Assembly (NCBI GenBank): GCA_965112735.1
Contig: OZ218960.1
Location: 3,100,001-3,164,000, forward strand
Length of the DNA stretch: 64,000 nucleotides
Source of the DNA: Phaeosaccion multiseriatum
Lineage: Eukaryota; Protista; Ochrophyta, other classes
Reading direction: 5' to 3'
Each line of letters opens with the position of its first letter. Within the stretch, counting starts at the first letter, position 1. Below, piece after piece: positions 1 to 33,837 of the stretch. Position numbers and translations under genes: made by a program. Under the pieces are notes generated by a model. The model was not told where the DNA came from and searched no databases. It saw only the letters and a list, made by a program, of their open reading frames with translations.

Positions 1-222
1 CCCAATCACTGACTTACCCAATCCCTGACGTGCCCCCAATTCACGGACATGACTTGACTTACCCAATCACTGACTTACCCAATCACTGACGTACCCAATC
101 ACTGACGTACCCAATCACTGACGTACCCAATCACTGACTTAACCAATCACTGACATACAATCACTGACTTAACCAATCACTGACCTACCCAATCACTGAC
201 TTACCCAATCACTGACTTACCC
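1..222 (+). repeat. ~16-bp tandem repeat (CCCAATCACTGACTTA variants) at the 3' end of a dynein intron
   Basis: About 13 imperfect copies directly upstream of the acceptor CCACAG at 231-236; each copy contains a CTGAC branch-point-like motif. Confidence 0.85.
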
Positions 223-236
223 ACTCACTGCCACAG

Positions 237-21358
<21,122 letters not shown>

Positions 21359-21584
21359 CGGATGGCACTTGACGGACTCGTGTAGCACCCTCAACTGGCT
21401 TGGCCTACATTCTGTAGCATCAGTTGGTCTAGCTAGTCCTTGAGCTGAAGCATCAACTCAGCTGGTGTGGTCTGTAGCACCAACTGGTCTACCTAGCGTT
21501 GTCGTCTGGCGCCCCTCTACATTACGTGCTGCGGTCTTTTGCTTCCTTGCTGGACCCGAGGGCGGAGGGTGGCGGGGCGGAGAA

Positions 21585-21617
<33 letters not shown>

Positions 21618-22188
21618 TCACACACACACACACACACACACCCGACTCTGATTGTGCACTCTGCAAATACTTACTCGTGCACTTTTTCTTCTTTCAGCTT
21701 TTAATTAAATACTATCAAGTACTACAATTACCAACCAAGGAGCACATCATCCGCTGCCCGACCAGCGAAGCTTGCTTGGAGCTGATTTATCTAAGCGAGT
21801 GTGTATTGAGCATGTGCCCCAACGGCCGTAGCCATGTGCCATGTACTTGGAAGTAGTAGCCATCATCGCTATACTTGTAGCCTCTGTGAGCCCAGTAGCA
21901 GCGCGCCCGTTTCGGAGTTCGGAGTGAATGGTACCTGCGGAACCGCTACGGCAGCCTTGGACCTCATCCCCCAGCCACACGGAGCCCTTGACTTGCCCTC
22001 CCTGCCCACGAGCAGCGGCGGCAGGGTGAGAGGTGGCGCGCGGCTTCCTCGCTCCTCGCTTCTTACGCTTCCCTCCCATGGACGCCTCCTCCTCCTCCCC
22101 GCGGCCATCGTGGGTGGGGACTTGTTGAGCGCTGCCTGTCCAGCAGGGGGGAGAGTGAAAAGGGCCCCTACAATTGTAGCGGGCTCTG

Positions 22189-22220
<32 letters not shown>

Positions 22221-22338
22221 GCACACACACACACAAACGCACACACACACGCACGCACACACACAAACGCACACACACAAACGCACACAGGCGAGGAGGC
22301 GAGGACTACCCAAGGAAGAGAAGCAGAGAGCAAAAAAA

Positions 22339-22457
22339 AACAGACAGCACCGACGATTCCCACGTGGTCCCCCACCGTAGTACTAAATCGGCTCGACATC
22401 GCTTGACTTCCGAGATCGGACGGGTTCGGGTATTCTCGATGTGATATGGCCGTCCGT
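22339..22457 (-). rRNA. 5S rRNA gene (copy A)
   Basis: Exact reverse complement of the copy at 22798-22916; followed on its own strand by an oligo-T Pol III terminator (A-run 22332-22340). Confidence 0.93.
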
Positions 22458-22752
22458 GGAGTTAGATGGCATCACGCATGTTCTATATGAGACATTTTGT
22501 CAAGCAATGGACAGAGAGGAGTGTGGGAGGAGGAGGAGGAGGAGGAGGAGGAGGAGGAGGAGGAGGAGGAGGAGGAGGAGGAGGAGGAGGAGGAGGAGGA
22601 GGAGGAGGAGGAGGAGGAGGGGAGAGGGAGAGAAATTCAATCGGCGCGCCAATGCATCGACACGTCAGCCGAGATACTGTATCGTAAGAGGGATTTTTTG
22701 TTGAGGGAGTGACCCCGCCAAGCTCACACCTTCGTTGTGGAACACGAAAAAA

Positions 22753-22797
22753 TGACAAAATGTCTCGTATAGAAGATGCGTGATGCCGTCAGACTTC
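22753..22797 (+). promoter_or_regulatory. Conserved upstream element of 5S gene with TATA-like TATAGAA at -30 (mirrored at 22458-22502 for copy A)
   Basis: The 45 bp upstream of both 5S copies are ~85% identical and share TATAGAA at the same offset; similarity stops abruptly beyond this. Confidence 0.55.
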
Positions 22798-22916
22798 ACG
22801 GACGGCCATATCACATCGAGAATACCCGAACCCGTCCGATCTCGGAAGTCAAGCGATGTCGAGCCGATTTAGTACTACGGTGGGGGACCACGTGGGAATC
22901 GTCGGTGCTGTCTGTT
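22798..22916 (+). rRNA. 5S rRNA gene (copy B)
   Basis: ~119 nt, ACGGACGGCCATATCAC...CCCGAACCCGTCCGATCTCGGAAGTCAAGC...TTAGTACTACGGTGGGGGACCACGTGGGAATC...GCTGTCTGT. The 5' ACGGACGGC pairs with 3' GCTGTCTGT (helix I). Box A and box C-like internal promoter motifs are present, and a T8 terminator follows. Confidence 0.95.
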
Positions 22917-23468
22917 TTTTTTGCTTCTCTGGGTCTCTTCCTTGGGTAGTCCTCGCTCCTCCCCCTACAAGTACATCCTACTATCCTCTTCCTCTTTTCT
23001 TGTTGGCACCCCTTTCTCCCTCTCCCTTCCCTTTTACCTACGAATTACGTATGTGTGTGTGTGTGTGTGTGCGTGTGTCGATAGCCCACTAGGGGCCCTT
23101 TTCACTCTCCCTCCTGGCCGAGAATCGAGGGGGGCGCTAGTGCGGTGCCGCAACTTCCTGTGCTTGGTGGCACTATCTGGCTAGTGGCTGCAGCTGATGA
23201 GAGATCGAATTTGGAGAGACCACGTGCCCCTTGGTCTCGGAAGAGCCGGTTCGTCCAGTGCGGGAGACGACGTGCTGACGTGCTCGGCTAGGGCGTGTAG
23301 GAGGGAGTCTGCCTGTGCGCGGACTCGTCCTGTGCGCCGACCAGACCAATCTTGTGTGAAGGGAGTCATGAAGGCCGCCAGAATTTGCGAATTTGCCACC
23401 CTGTGATTCCGAAGTGCCAACACGTCCTCTTCCCTCTCGATCCACCGTCCTCGACTCTTCTTGAACGA

Positions 23469-26400
23469 ATGATGCCCGGCGTGCCGGCCCCCGGCCTGCT
23501 CCTTATCGCTCTCTTCACGCTCTTCCTCGCCCTTCCCACCGCGACACTGTCTTTCATCACCACCAGCACGGCGAGACTTGAATTAAGGCAACTGAGTAGC
23601 AGTCCCAGCACGTGTTCGTCAAGAAAGCCATCATTATCGTCCTCTTCATCGGCATCGTGTCGTGTGAGGCTACACATGGCCGGCTATGACGAGATGAACA
23701 CCGCCCTCTCGCAGGACATTTCCTCCTCTCTGGGTATCGCTTATGACGCGAGCTTCAGGGGAGGGAGTGGTGGCTCTGGGTGGGCATCAGTGGGGCCAGT
23801 GGAGGATAAGAACGGCAAGGTATGAATCTGCATGTGGAGTCTTGGCGGCTTCTGCCATGGCGTTTGCTCTGAGTTTACCAGTGGGGACACTTGTTTCCTG
23901 TCTCTCTTGCTCGCTGGCGTTTTGTCTCTTTCTCTCTTCTCTTTGTGTCTCTCGCTCTCTTATTCTCGCTCTCTCTGTCTCTTTGCTGACGCTCGAGCAG
24001 GGGCCCAAGCTGTTTTGCAAGACCACGGGGATGAGTGGGGCAAGCATGCTCAACGCAGAATTCCAAGGTATGTTGTACATGAAGGCTTTCACCAAGGCAC
24101 CAAACAAGTGGAGGGGAGTTATACCGCATGAAGCATCACCCTGACACGAGAGTGCACTGAGTCAAATCAAGCGTACTTTACCCCTCACTTTCCTCTACAC
24201 TCCACCCTTCACAATCCACACTGGCGTATCTATGTAATGCATTGGCCCTCCCCTCCTCTGATAACAACGCAAGTCGACGTGACGACACACACCCCCCATG
24301 CTCTCCTTTGCTACAACACACGATTGTACCTCCTGCTCTGCTATCTGCTGCTGCTGCTACTCAGGCGTGAAAGCCATGCACGAGACTCAGACGGTGAAGG
24401 TGCCGGGCCCCGTGGCGGCCGGGCAGGTGGGGGACAGGGCCTACGTCGTGTTTGAGTATCTAGACATGGGCGGCGGGCGCGGCCAGGACGCAGCCAGGCG
24501 CTTCGGGAGGGAGCTGGCACAGATGCACAAGTGAGTGGGTTGGTGATATGCCTGCCCAGGGAGTGCTGGCTATTTGCTGGCTTATGGTTGGTTAATTGAT
24601 CAAGGACTGATAGGCACAAAAGAGGTGGGGGGGGGGGGGAGGGGGAAACGCAAAGGGAGGGAGGAGAGCGAGAGAGCGTGAGACACAGAGTGATGGTGAG
24701 AGGGAGAGAGACAGGGGAGATGGGAGGCACACAGAGAGACAGGGGAGAGAGGAGAGGAGAGAGAGAAACACACACACAGTGAGGTGTGAAAATACCTGCT
24801 TGCCCGACTGAGTGCCAACGGATCCATCCTGTGCTCGGCCCCTGTGCTCGGCCCCTGCGTTGCGTTGCTCACACCCCCATGGCAAGGTGCACAAGCAAAG
24901 AGGGAAAGTACGGGTTTCACGTCGATAATACGTGCGGAGCCACACCGCAGCCGAACAAATGGACCGACTCATGGGCAGACTTTTGGGATGAGGTGAGATG
25001 AGAGGGAGGGAGGGAAGGAAGGAGGGAGGGAGGGAGGGAGGAAGTGAGGGAGGGAGGGAGGGAGGGAGGGAGGGAGGGAGGGAGGGTGGAAGGGATAGAG
25101 GGAGCGAGGGAGGGGGAGGGAGGGAGGGAGGGAGGGAGGGAGGAAGGGAGGGAGGGGAGAAGCACGGAGTATGGGGAAATGCTTTCAAAAGATCCCGCCC
25201 CCCTGAAGCAGCCCCTGAAGGAGTCTCTATTCAATCTACATAGTCGGGGGTCTCTATTCAATGTAGATAGTCGGGGGTGAGTCCTCACTGATGGAGTCTC
25301 TATTCAATCTATTCAATCTATTCAATCTATTCAATCTAGATAGTCGGGGGTGAGTCCTCACGTCAATTGGATTCCTCGTCAGACAATTTTCTCGGGACAT
25401 GCCCCCCCCTCGGAAACCCTCACCCCTTCCCCCCATCCACTGCCATCCCCCCCCCCCCTCCCCCACAGCACCGCCTGGGCCACATGCTGAAGCTCTGCCG
25501 GAGGAACGGCGCCTCTCTCCCTCGCGAGGCCGAGCTCAGAGCCAAGGTCAAGGCCCTGCTCAGCGAGCACGAGAAGGAGCACGACCTCGCACCCGCTCTA
25601 TGCCACGGAGGTGAGGAGTGGTCGTACCTGCTCGTCCCTCAACTGCCATCTCCACTGCTAGTGACTTGAGGAGTGGTCATGCCTGCTCGTCCCTCAACTG
25701 CCATCTCCACTGCTAGTGACTTGAGGAGTGGTCATGCCTGCTCGTCCCTCAACTGCCATCTCCACTGCTAGTGACTTGAGGAGTGGTCGTGCCTGCTCGT
25801 CCCTCAACTGCCATCTCCACTGCTAGTGACTTGAGGAGTGGTCATGCCTGCTCGTCCCTCAACTGCCATCTCCACTGCTAGTGACTTGAGGAGTGGTCAT
25901 GCCTGCTCGTCCCTCAACTGCCATCTCCACTGCTAGTGACTTGAGGAGTGGTCGTGCCTGCTCGTCCCTCAACTGCCATCTCCACTGCTAGTGACTTGAG
26001 GAGTGGTCATGCCTGCTCGTCCCTCAACTGCCATCTCCACTGCTAGTGACTTGAGGAGTGGTCATGCCTGCTCGTCCCTCAACTGCCATCTCCACTGCTA
26101 GTGACTTGAGGAGTGGTCATGCCTGCTCGTCCCTCAACTGCCATCTCCACTGCTAGTGACTTGAGGAGTGGTCATGCCTGCTCGTCCCTCAACTGCCATC
26201 TCCACTGCTAGTGACTTACCAGCCGCGCAGCCGCGTGTTTTTATGTTCGTTTTTTTCGCCGCGGAGGCTCTCTGCTCTGAGGCGGTGTGCTTACTCACTG
26301 ACTTACTGACTTCCTTACTTTCTGACTTACTTACTGACTTACTTACTGACTTACTCACTGACTTACAACACCACTGACTTACTTACTGACTTACTCACTG

Positions 26401-26610
26401 ACTTCCTGACTTCCTTACCTACTTACTGACTTACTTACTGACTTACTCACTGACTTCCTGACTTTCTTACCTACTTACTCACTTACTTACTGACTTACTT
26501 ACTGACTTCCTGACTTCCTTACCTACTTACTTACTTACTTACTGACTTACTCACTGACTTCCTGACTTACTTTCTGGCGCCCTCCCTGCCCATATCCTAC
26601 ATCGTACCCT

Positions 26611-26673
<63 letters not shown>

Positions 26674-27041
26674 TCCAACCCCTCCGCCTCCAGACCTATG
26701 GACGGGCAATGCGGCATATACCAAAGATGGCGACCCCGTCATCTTCGACCCTGCCACTTACTACGGTGCGTGCAGGGCACCCGATGGCACCCGATGTGCT
26801 CGAGTCTGTCTTGCGGAGCTCCTGACGGCCTCTCTCTCCGCCGCCGCTCGGCTCGCGGCCGATACTCCTCTCTACATCCATCCACCCCTGCCTGTGGGCG
26901 AGACTGGGCTGCTCCTTTGACTGTACATCGTACCGCACCACTGGCCTCATGGTGGTTCTGCCCTGCCTCCGCCATCCTCTCTCATCCCTCGTTTACCTCC
27001 TCCCTGCTCCCAATACTACTACTACTACTACTACTACTACG

Positions 27042-27111
<70 letters not shown>

Positions 27112-27150
27112 CTACTCCTACTACTACTACTCCTACTACTACTACTACTC

Positions 27151-27189
<39 letters not shown>

Positions 27190-27949
27190 CTACTACTACT
27201 CCTCCTCCTCCTTCTCCTACTTATATCCTCCTCCTCCTCCGTGCCGCTGTAAACTGTGAACAGGCGACAGGGAGGTGGACCTTGCCATGTCCACTCTCTT
27301 CGGCAGCTTCGATCGCTCATTCTACGAGGTAAAACCGCTATTCGGAGAGGAAGAGAGAGGTGGAGGGGGGCGGGGGAGGGGGCGTGCCAAGGATTGTCGC
27401 TCCAAAGAAGCCTCCTCGCTAGTCTGTAGTCCGTTGCTGCACCTCCTTTCTCTGGTAGTCTGTAGTCTTTTGTCCACCCCTACGCCCCTACGGCCCTCCT
27501 TTTAACCCCGCCTCTCTCTGACCCACTCGCCCTGCCTTCCACCTGAAACCGTCGTTCCTCTCGCTTCGCCCTACCTCCCCTCCCTCCCTCCTCTCTACCT
27601 ACCTCCTAAGGCGTACGAGGAGGAGTTTCCTCTCCCCCCCGGGCACAAGGTGCGCACAGGCGGCAGCGGATGGCAGCGGATGGCAGCGGAGCGGCACAAA
27701 AGGCGTTGGACCCATGTTTGCATGTGACAGGGCCTACCCCATCCCACTAGTCCTCGTAATTGACTTACATCTCCATGCCATCTACTGCTGACCGCTGTCT
27801 GCCGCTGCCTCTCCCCCCCCTCCTCGACAGGAGCGAGTGACGATCTACAACCTTTATCACATTCTCAACCACTGTGAGTGTGAGCTGCAGTCCTCTTCTC
27901 TCTCCCTCTCTCCCTCTCTCCCTCTCTCCCTCTTGCTTGCCCTCGCTTG

Positions 27950-27983
<34 letters not shown>

Positions 27984-28273
27984 CAATCTCTCTCTCTCGC
28001 GCTCTCTCTTGTTCTCTCTCTCCCTCGCTTCTTCTCCCTCATGCTCGCTCAGATGTGTGTAGTATTTAGTCTTACTTGTACAGTACTTGCTTCGTAGATC
28101 TGATCTGTTGTCTCTTCGCCTCTGTCGCTGGCCTCTCTTGTGCTCTCTCTCTCTTGTCTCTTGTCCGTCCGCCTCCCTCCCTTGTTGACTTACTTGCGTG
28201 GCCAGACGTGCTGTTCGGAGGAGGCTATTGGAGCAGCGCAGCCGCCATGGCCGACAGGATCATGGCTATGTGA
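23469..28273 (+). CDS. Fructosamine/ketosamine-3-kinase family protein (FN3K/FN3KRP-like) with bipartite plastid-targeting presequence; 10 exons
   Basis: Exons 23469-23819, 24001-24067, 24365-24530, 24887-24992, 25469-25610, 26694-26765, 27264-27328, 27611-27649, 27831-27873, 28206-28273. Motifs: MLNAEFQG, FGRELAQMH, YGFHVDNTCGATPQPNKW, PALCHGDLWTGN, IFDPATYYGDREVDLAM, YNLYHILNHYVLFGGGY. N-terminus is a hydrophobic signal ending ATLS|F followed by a Ser/Arg-rich transit peptide. Confidence 0.93.
25613..26217 (+). repeat. 55-bp minisatellite, 11 copies, starting at the intron donor of the FN3K gene
   Basis: Unit GAGGAGTGGTCATGCCTGCTCGTCCCTCAACTGCCATCTCCACTGCTAGTGACTT with period 55 (25613, 25668 ... 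26163). Confidence 0.95.
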
Positions 28274-28546
28274 TGCTGGCCCATCCACTGCCACCCCATT
28301 TCCCAATGTCAATGGCTATGTGATGCTGGCCCATCCACTGCCATCCCATTTCCCAATGTCAATGGCTATGTGATGCTGGCCCATCCACTGCCATCCCATT
28401 TCCAAATGTCAATGGCTATGTGATGCTGGCCCATCTACTACCATCCCATTTCCCAATGTCAATGGCTATGTGATGCTGGCCCATCCACTGCCATCCCATT
28501 TCCCAATGTCAATGGCTATGTGATGCTGGCCCATCTACTACCATCC
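28262..28546 (+). repeat. 50-bp minisatellite (~5.7 copies) whose unit begins with the last codons and stop of the FN3K gene
   Basis: ATGGCTATGTGA recurs at 28262, 28312, 28362, 28412, 28462 and 28512. Confidence 0.92.
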
Positions 28547-28997
28547 TGTCACCGTGTCGTGAGTGTCTTGGCACCGCTCAGGCCTGTGGGTGCGCGGGCC
28601 TCAAGCGCTGTAAATAATCGATGTCCTTTAATTTACTCCACGGCAGGCCCTTTTAGGCTTTACGCTATGTACTTGCTCTCTGTTGTGCTCTCCGTCGCTC
28701 CTTCTTTCGATCGGCCCTGCCTGGGCAAGAGAGCCGGCTTGCGCCGGCAATTTTTTTATTCCGCCGCCCTCGGCTGAAACTGAAACTGGAAAATCGAAAA
28801 TGGCCCGCTCTCCCGAGGAATGTTCAACTTCTCTTCTCTCCCTCCCGCTTACACAGCATGTATGTCCTCGTTCGTTTGAAGTGGATGCTCGCCGCTCTCA
28901 TCTTTGTGTCATGTGGAGTGGGGGCAGCCCGGATATGGAATGCGAGGAGAGCTGAGGTTCACCAAGCGGGGAGTACATGCAGCACGAGCCTTTGTAA

Positions 28998-29031
<34 letters not shown>

Positions 29032-31110
29032 CACAAAAGCAGTGGCAGCAGTGGAGCATCAGCGGACGAAGGTGACCAGGAGTCGAGTGGGTCGTCGGGA
29101 CTGGAAAATGACGCTTCCCTTCCAGAGGCGAGGCTGGAAGTTTGTGACTCACCCGTCTGAGAACGGAGGCCGGCACGAGCGGCTTTTTATCGCTTTTCAG
29201 CCGCCGTGTGTGTACCATTGAGCCCGGAAGGGCGCACGATTATCCGTTCCGAGGTACGGAGCTTGGAGGTGGTGGCGGCTTCACCTCTTACTCTCCTCTA
29301 GCTCTTCCCCCCCCCCCCCTCTCTTCTCTTGCTCAAGCTTTGGAATATATACGCCGCTTCCCTACTTCCCTCCATTACCCCCACAGGCACTTCATCTCCA
29401 GCAGAGCCTTGCTCGTGCCGCGGACCTGGCCCAGAGTCGAGTCGCTATGCAAGAAAATGATCGTCGCCACCCGCCCAAGCACGGCCGGCAAGGACTGATA
29501 GCCTGAGCGAGAGGCTAGCCCCTCACCACCCTCCTCGGCCAAATGAACAAATGGATGTGGTAGATGTGCTCCTCAGGGCGGGTGTCGATCTCGTTCTGTA
29601 CCTTACCATAGAATAGTTGGAGGGCCTTGGAGGGCCTGTCGGCGATACCGCACACCACTCGGATGCACTCGAGGTGGCCAGGCAGGGCTCAATGCTGCAG
29701 CGGAGCGCCGCGCCATCGTTTGTACAAGTAAAGGCGAGTAAGAAGGGAGGCAGAGGGGCACCGCTGGTCCTGGCCCTTGGTCCTTGCGCCCCAGCTCGGA
29801 AACATACACACGGAGGTGGTGCGGTGCGGGAGGGATGTGTTTCACCCGGGTAGCGCGGAGAACGAGTGTCGGCTCCTGACAAGCCTTTTGTAGCGGGTTT
29901 GGTTCTAGGCCGTAGGCCGCTTGTAGACCGCCGCAAGGCCGCCTCCTAGGCCATCTCTATGCCACCTCGCCGAGAGCGCGCGAGTGTGCCTGGGGCACCC
30001 ACAGCAGCACAAACCCGCTATAAAAGGCGGCAGGCAGGCGGCAGGCAGGCACTCCTCGCAGGACAGGCAAGAAGTGCAAGAGGCAACACCAAATATGTAG
30101 ATCTCAGTACTGTATGACACATTTGGGCGGGCTCCGGGCAGGCAGCCCAGGGAGAACCCCCCCCCCCCCTCGGCCAGCGTCGAGTCGAGGCCGCCACGCA
30201 CGCCAGGTGCCTCTCGGTGGCCAGCCCTTGGCCGCCCAGGCAGCAGCGGGCTACAAATAGGCCGACGCCCTACGGCCCTCCCAAGGCCGGACACTTTTCC
30301 AGAAGAGGCCTTGGAGCCCATCAACAAGGGGTTGGCTGCCCTCCCTCATGTGACGCTACGTGCATAGCGTCACAACACAGCCAGAACAACACCGGGCCTC
30401 TTCCCTCGCTGTGGAGTGGTGTGGTGCACACGCTTACACGCTCAGCCCCGAAGGTTGGGGGTGAGGGTTGTGGCTGAGCTTCAGAGCCGAGCGTAGGGCC
30501 CCCCTTCACTACACTGAGCACTGAACACTGCTCTCATCTGCTCACAGAGGACCCGAGGGGGTAGTGGCGGGGCTCCTTCCTTCTACTGGGTGGCGGGTAG
30601 CAGATGGCAGCAGATGGCTGGCAGCGATGGCTCACCCCTGGATGCTCTGTCCCACGGCCTGGTGCATTTCTCTGTCGGCGAGCGATGCTTCCACAGGGAC
30701 ATCGCCCTGAGGGGGGGGGGGGGGTCATTTTATTGACTTAATTGGAATCACCTGAGGGGGGGGGGGATGAGAGAGCTCGAGACTATGATGGCGGTGGCGG
30801 GGAGGAGAGGAGCTCAAGTCAAGCTCTGCTCTTGGAGCAGGAGGAGGAGGAGGAGGAGGAGGAGGAGGAGGAGGAGGAGGAGGAGGAGGAGGAGGAGGAG
30901 GAGGAGGAGGAGGAGGAGGTGCGCTGCCTTGTACACGGGCTGCTGAACCACGCAAATACACGTGATGGCGGGGGGGTGGCAGGGAGGGAGGAAGGAAGGA
31001 AGGAAGGAAGGAAGGAAGGAAGGAAGGAAGGAAGGAAGGAAGGAAGGAAGGAAGGAGTCAAGGCAGAAAACAAGTGACAAGCGGGCAGGAGGGGTGGCAG
31101 GCAGGCAGGC

Positions 31111-31291
<181 letters not shown>

Positions 31292-32018
31292 GGAAGAGAG
31301 GGAGCATGGAAGGGCCGAGGAGAGCAGGGGCCCGCTGGCACAGCCCTCTTCACCGCAGGGTTCGGGCTGGCCATGGGCTGCCATCTGAGCCTGGGTTTTG
31401 GGGGGGTTGGCCCCTTCACTCTCCTTACGACATGCCCGATAGGAAGAAGGGGGCAGGCCACACGTGACTCGCCCATGCGAAGCCGCTTGTATCACCAACT
31501 GCTTCCCCTCCGCTTGCTTCACTCGTGTACAAATCCTTTCTTAATTTTTTATGTACCGTTATGTACTGCCTTTCTTCTTTAGAGTCTCCACCTGTCTCTC
31601 TCTCCCTCCCTCTCATCCATCTTGCCTTCCCGCCCCTCCCCCCCGTTGGCTGAAACATCGCCTCGTAAGGCATGGTGGGAAGCAAGAAAGAAAGCAAGAC
31701 TCCTTTGTCAGTCTGTGCCCGTCCGCACGCCCGTTTGAAGACACCCCCCACACCAGTGCACGAGGAGGGCTCAGCTAAAGGGCCCCAGCCAACCACTAAC
31801 CGCTGCCAACACCGCATAACACAACTTTATGAACCACCAGAGGCTCGGCGCGACACTCCTGCCATAAATTGCCATAAAATGTCGGGATGCTCGACATTCA
31901 CCCCGCCCCTCCGAGGGTCAATAAACTGTCCAGAAACCGTCCAGAAACGGTATCAACAGACGCTCTGTGCAGGCCCTCTTGCAGCTGTAGTTCCCCTGAC
32001 AGTTACACCCCCTGACAG

Positions 32019-33799
32019 TTACAGAATGTACTTGGAGAGGTCGCTCTTGACGAGCAAGTCGCTGACCCTCTCCTGTACGAGTTCGAGATCCACGACGATC
32101 TCGGTGCCTGCCTCCTTGTCAGGGGCTTCGAAACTGATGGGCTCCATAATACGCTCGATGACTGTGTGCAGCCGCCGGGCGCCGATATTCTCCACCTGCA
32201 CGGGAGGGGAGGGGGTGGAAAGTGAGACACTTAGAGACTTACTGGGGTTGATGGGGTTGATGGCGACTAACTGAGGCGGAAAGGGGGAATTACATTGGAA
32301 AGTGATAGACTTACTGACTTACTGGGGTCGATGACGACTAACTGGGGAGGAGAGGGGTGGAGAGTGAGAGACTATTGACTTACTGGGGTGGAGGAGGGTG
32401 GAGAGTGAGAGGTACTGACTAGCTGTGGCTGGGGTGAAAACAAAAGTGGTTTTGTGTGCAGGTCGTTTACGGGTATTCACTGACTTGATAGGAATCACCT
32501 AAGAAACTGAAAGGGTGTGTGTGTGACCTTGTGGGGTGGACGAGACAGTGAATAATTGACTTACCGTCTTGTTCACCACGGCTGCCACACGGGCCATCTC
32601 CAGGACTGCGCCATCTGTGAACGTCAGCACCACCCCCTCCGCCTGCAGCATCTCCACCTGCAGTGCCATCGATGGTGGTAGGAAGGTAGGAAGGTAGGGA
32701 GGTAGGGAGGTAGGAAGGAAGGAAGGAAGGAAGAAAGGAAGGAAGGACGGAAGGAAGGAAGGAAGGAAGGAAGGAAGGAAGACGTAGGTAGGTAGGTAGG
32801 TAGGCAGGTAGGTAGGTAGGTAGGCAGGTAGGTAGGCCCAGCAGCCGTGAGTTGTGGGTAGTGGGTTGCATCGACCCCTCCTCGAGAGAGAAAGTACAGC
32901 TTCAACCTCAGCCCCCCTCCGACCAACTAGCAAGACCAACACGTGAGTGAGCAAGACAAAAGCAACGAGAGACTACCTCCACCACCTCCTCCCCTCCCCA
33001 GCCCCCCTCCGACCAACTAGCAAGACCAACACGTGAGTGAGCAAGACAAAAAAGCAACGAGACCACCTCCACCACCTCCTCCTCCTCCAACATAGCAAGA
33101 CACTAGCAATGATACCACCTCCTTCTCCTCCTACTCCTCCTCCTACTCCTCCTCCAACACTGCTAATAAAATGGTAAGGCAATGGAATCGCATAAAGGTA
33201 CCGCACTGTTCCAAACCGTACCACACCGTACGTACCACTTACGTACCACGTACGTACGTACGTACCTGCTGTCGGATGAGGTTCGTGACGGGCTCTGTGA
33301 GAATACGATAAAGGTCCTCCTCGGACAGCGCCTGCAGCTCCACACGGATTGGCAGACGCCCCTGCAGCTCGGCAAGGAGGTCCGACGGCTTACACTGGTG
33401 GAAGGCACCTGACGGGGGCCAAGCCGAGGGGTGCAGGTCCAGTGGTCATCGTCAGTTTCAGTTGACACAGTTTCGTTTCTAGACCTCCATCAACATTTGG
33501 ATTGTTGGTTGTCAATCCATTGCCAATGAATTGTCAATCAACCCCATGTTAGTGAAGGACACAAACACACTCCCACATCCCATATCCCATGTCAATGAAG
33601 GACGCACCGGAGCCGATAAAGAGGATGAAGTCCGTGTTGACGTTGCCGTGCTTGGTGCTGATGCTGGAGCCCTCGATGAGAGGGAGCATGTCCCTCTGCA
33701 CGCCCTCTGCCGAGGCGTCGGCGCCTCTGTAGTCCCCGGTGTTGCAGATCTGAGGGGCGAGAGATGGAGGGAGGGATCCATCGAGAAGGGAGGAGAGCA

Positions 33800-33837
<38 letters not shown>

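Noticed and set aside
22300-22960. MITE or foldback transposon suggested by long inverted repeats
   Set aside because: The arms are 5S rRNA genes with Pol III terminators; no TSD or transposase was seen.
21869-23092. Duplicated ORFs beginning MSSRFSTTVGDHVGIVGAVCFF
   Set aside because: These are translations of the two 5S rRNA genes, not proteins.
25613-26217. CRISPR-like or tRNA-like array (55-bp repeats)
   Set aside because: No spacers and no cloverleaf or A/B boxes; it is an intronic minisatellite.
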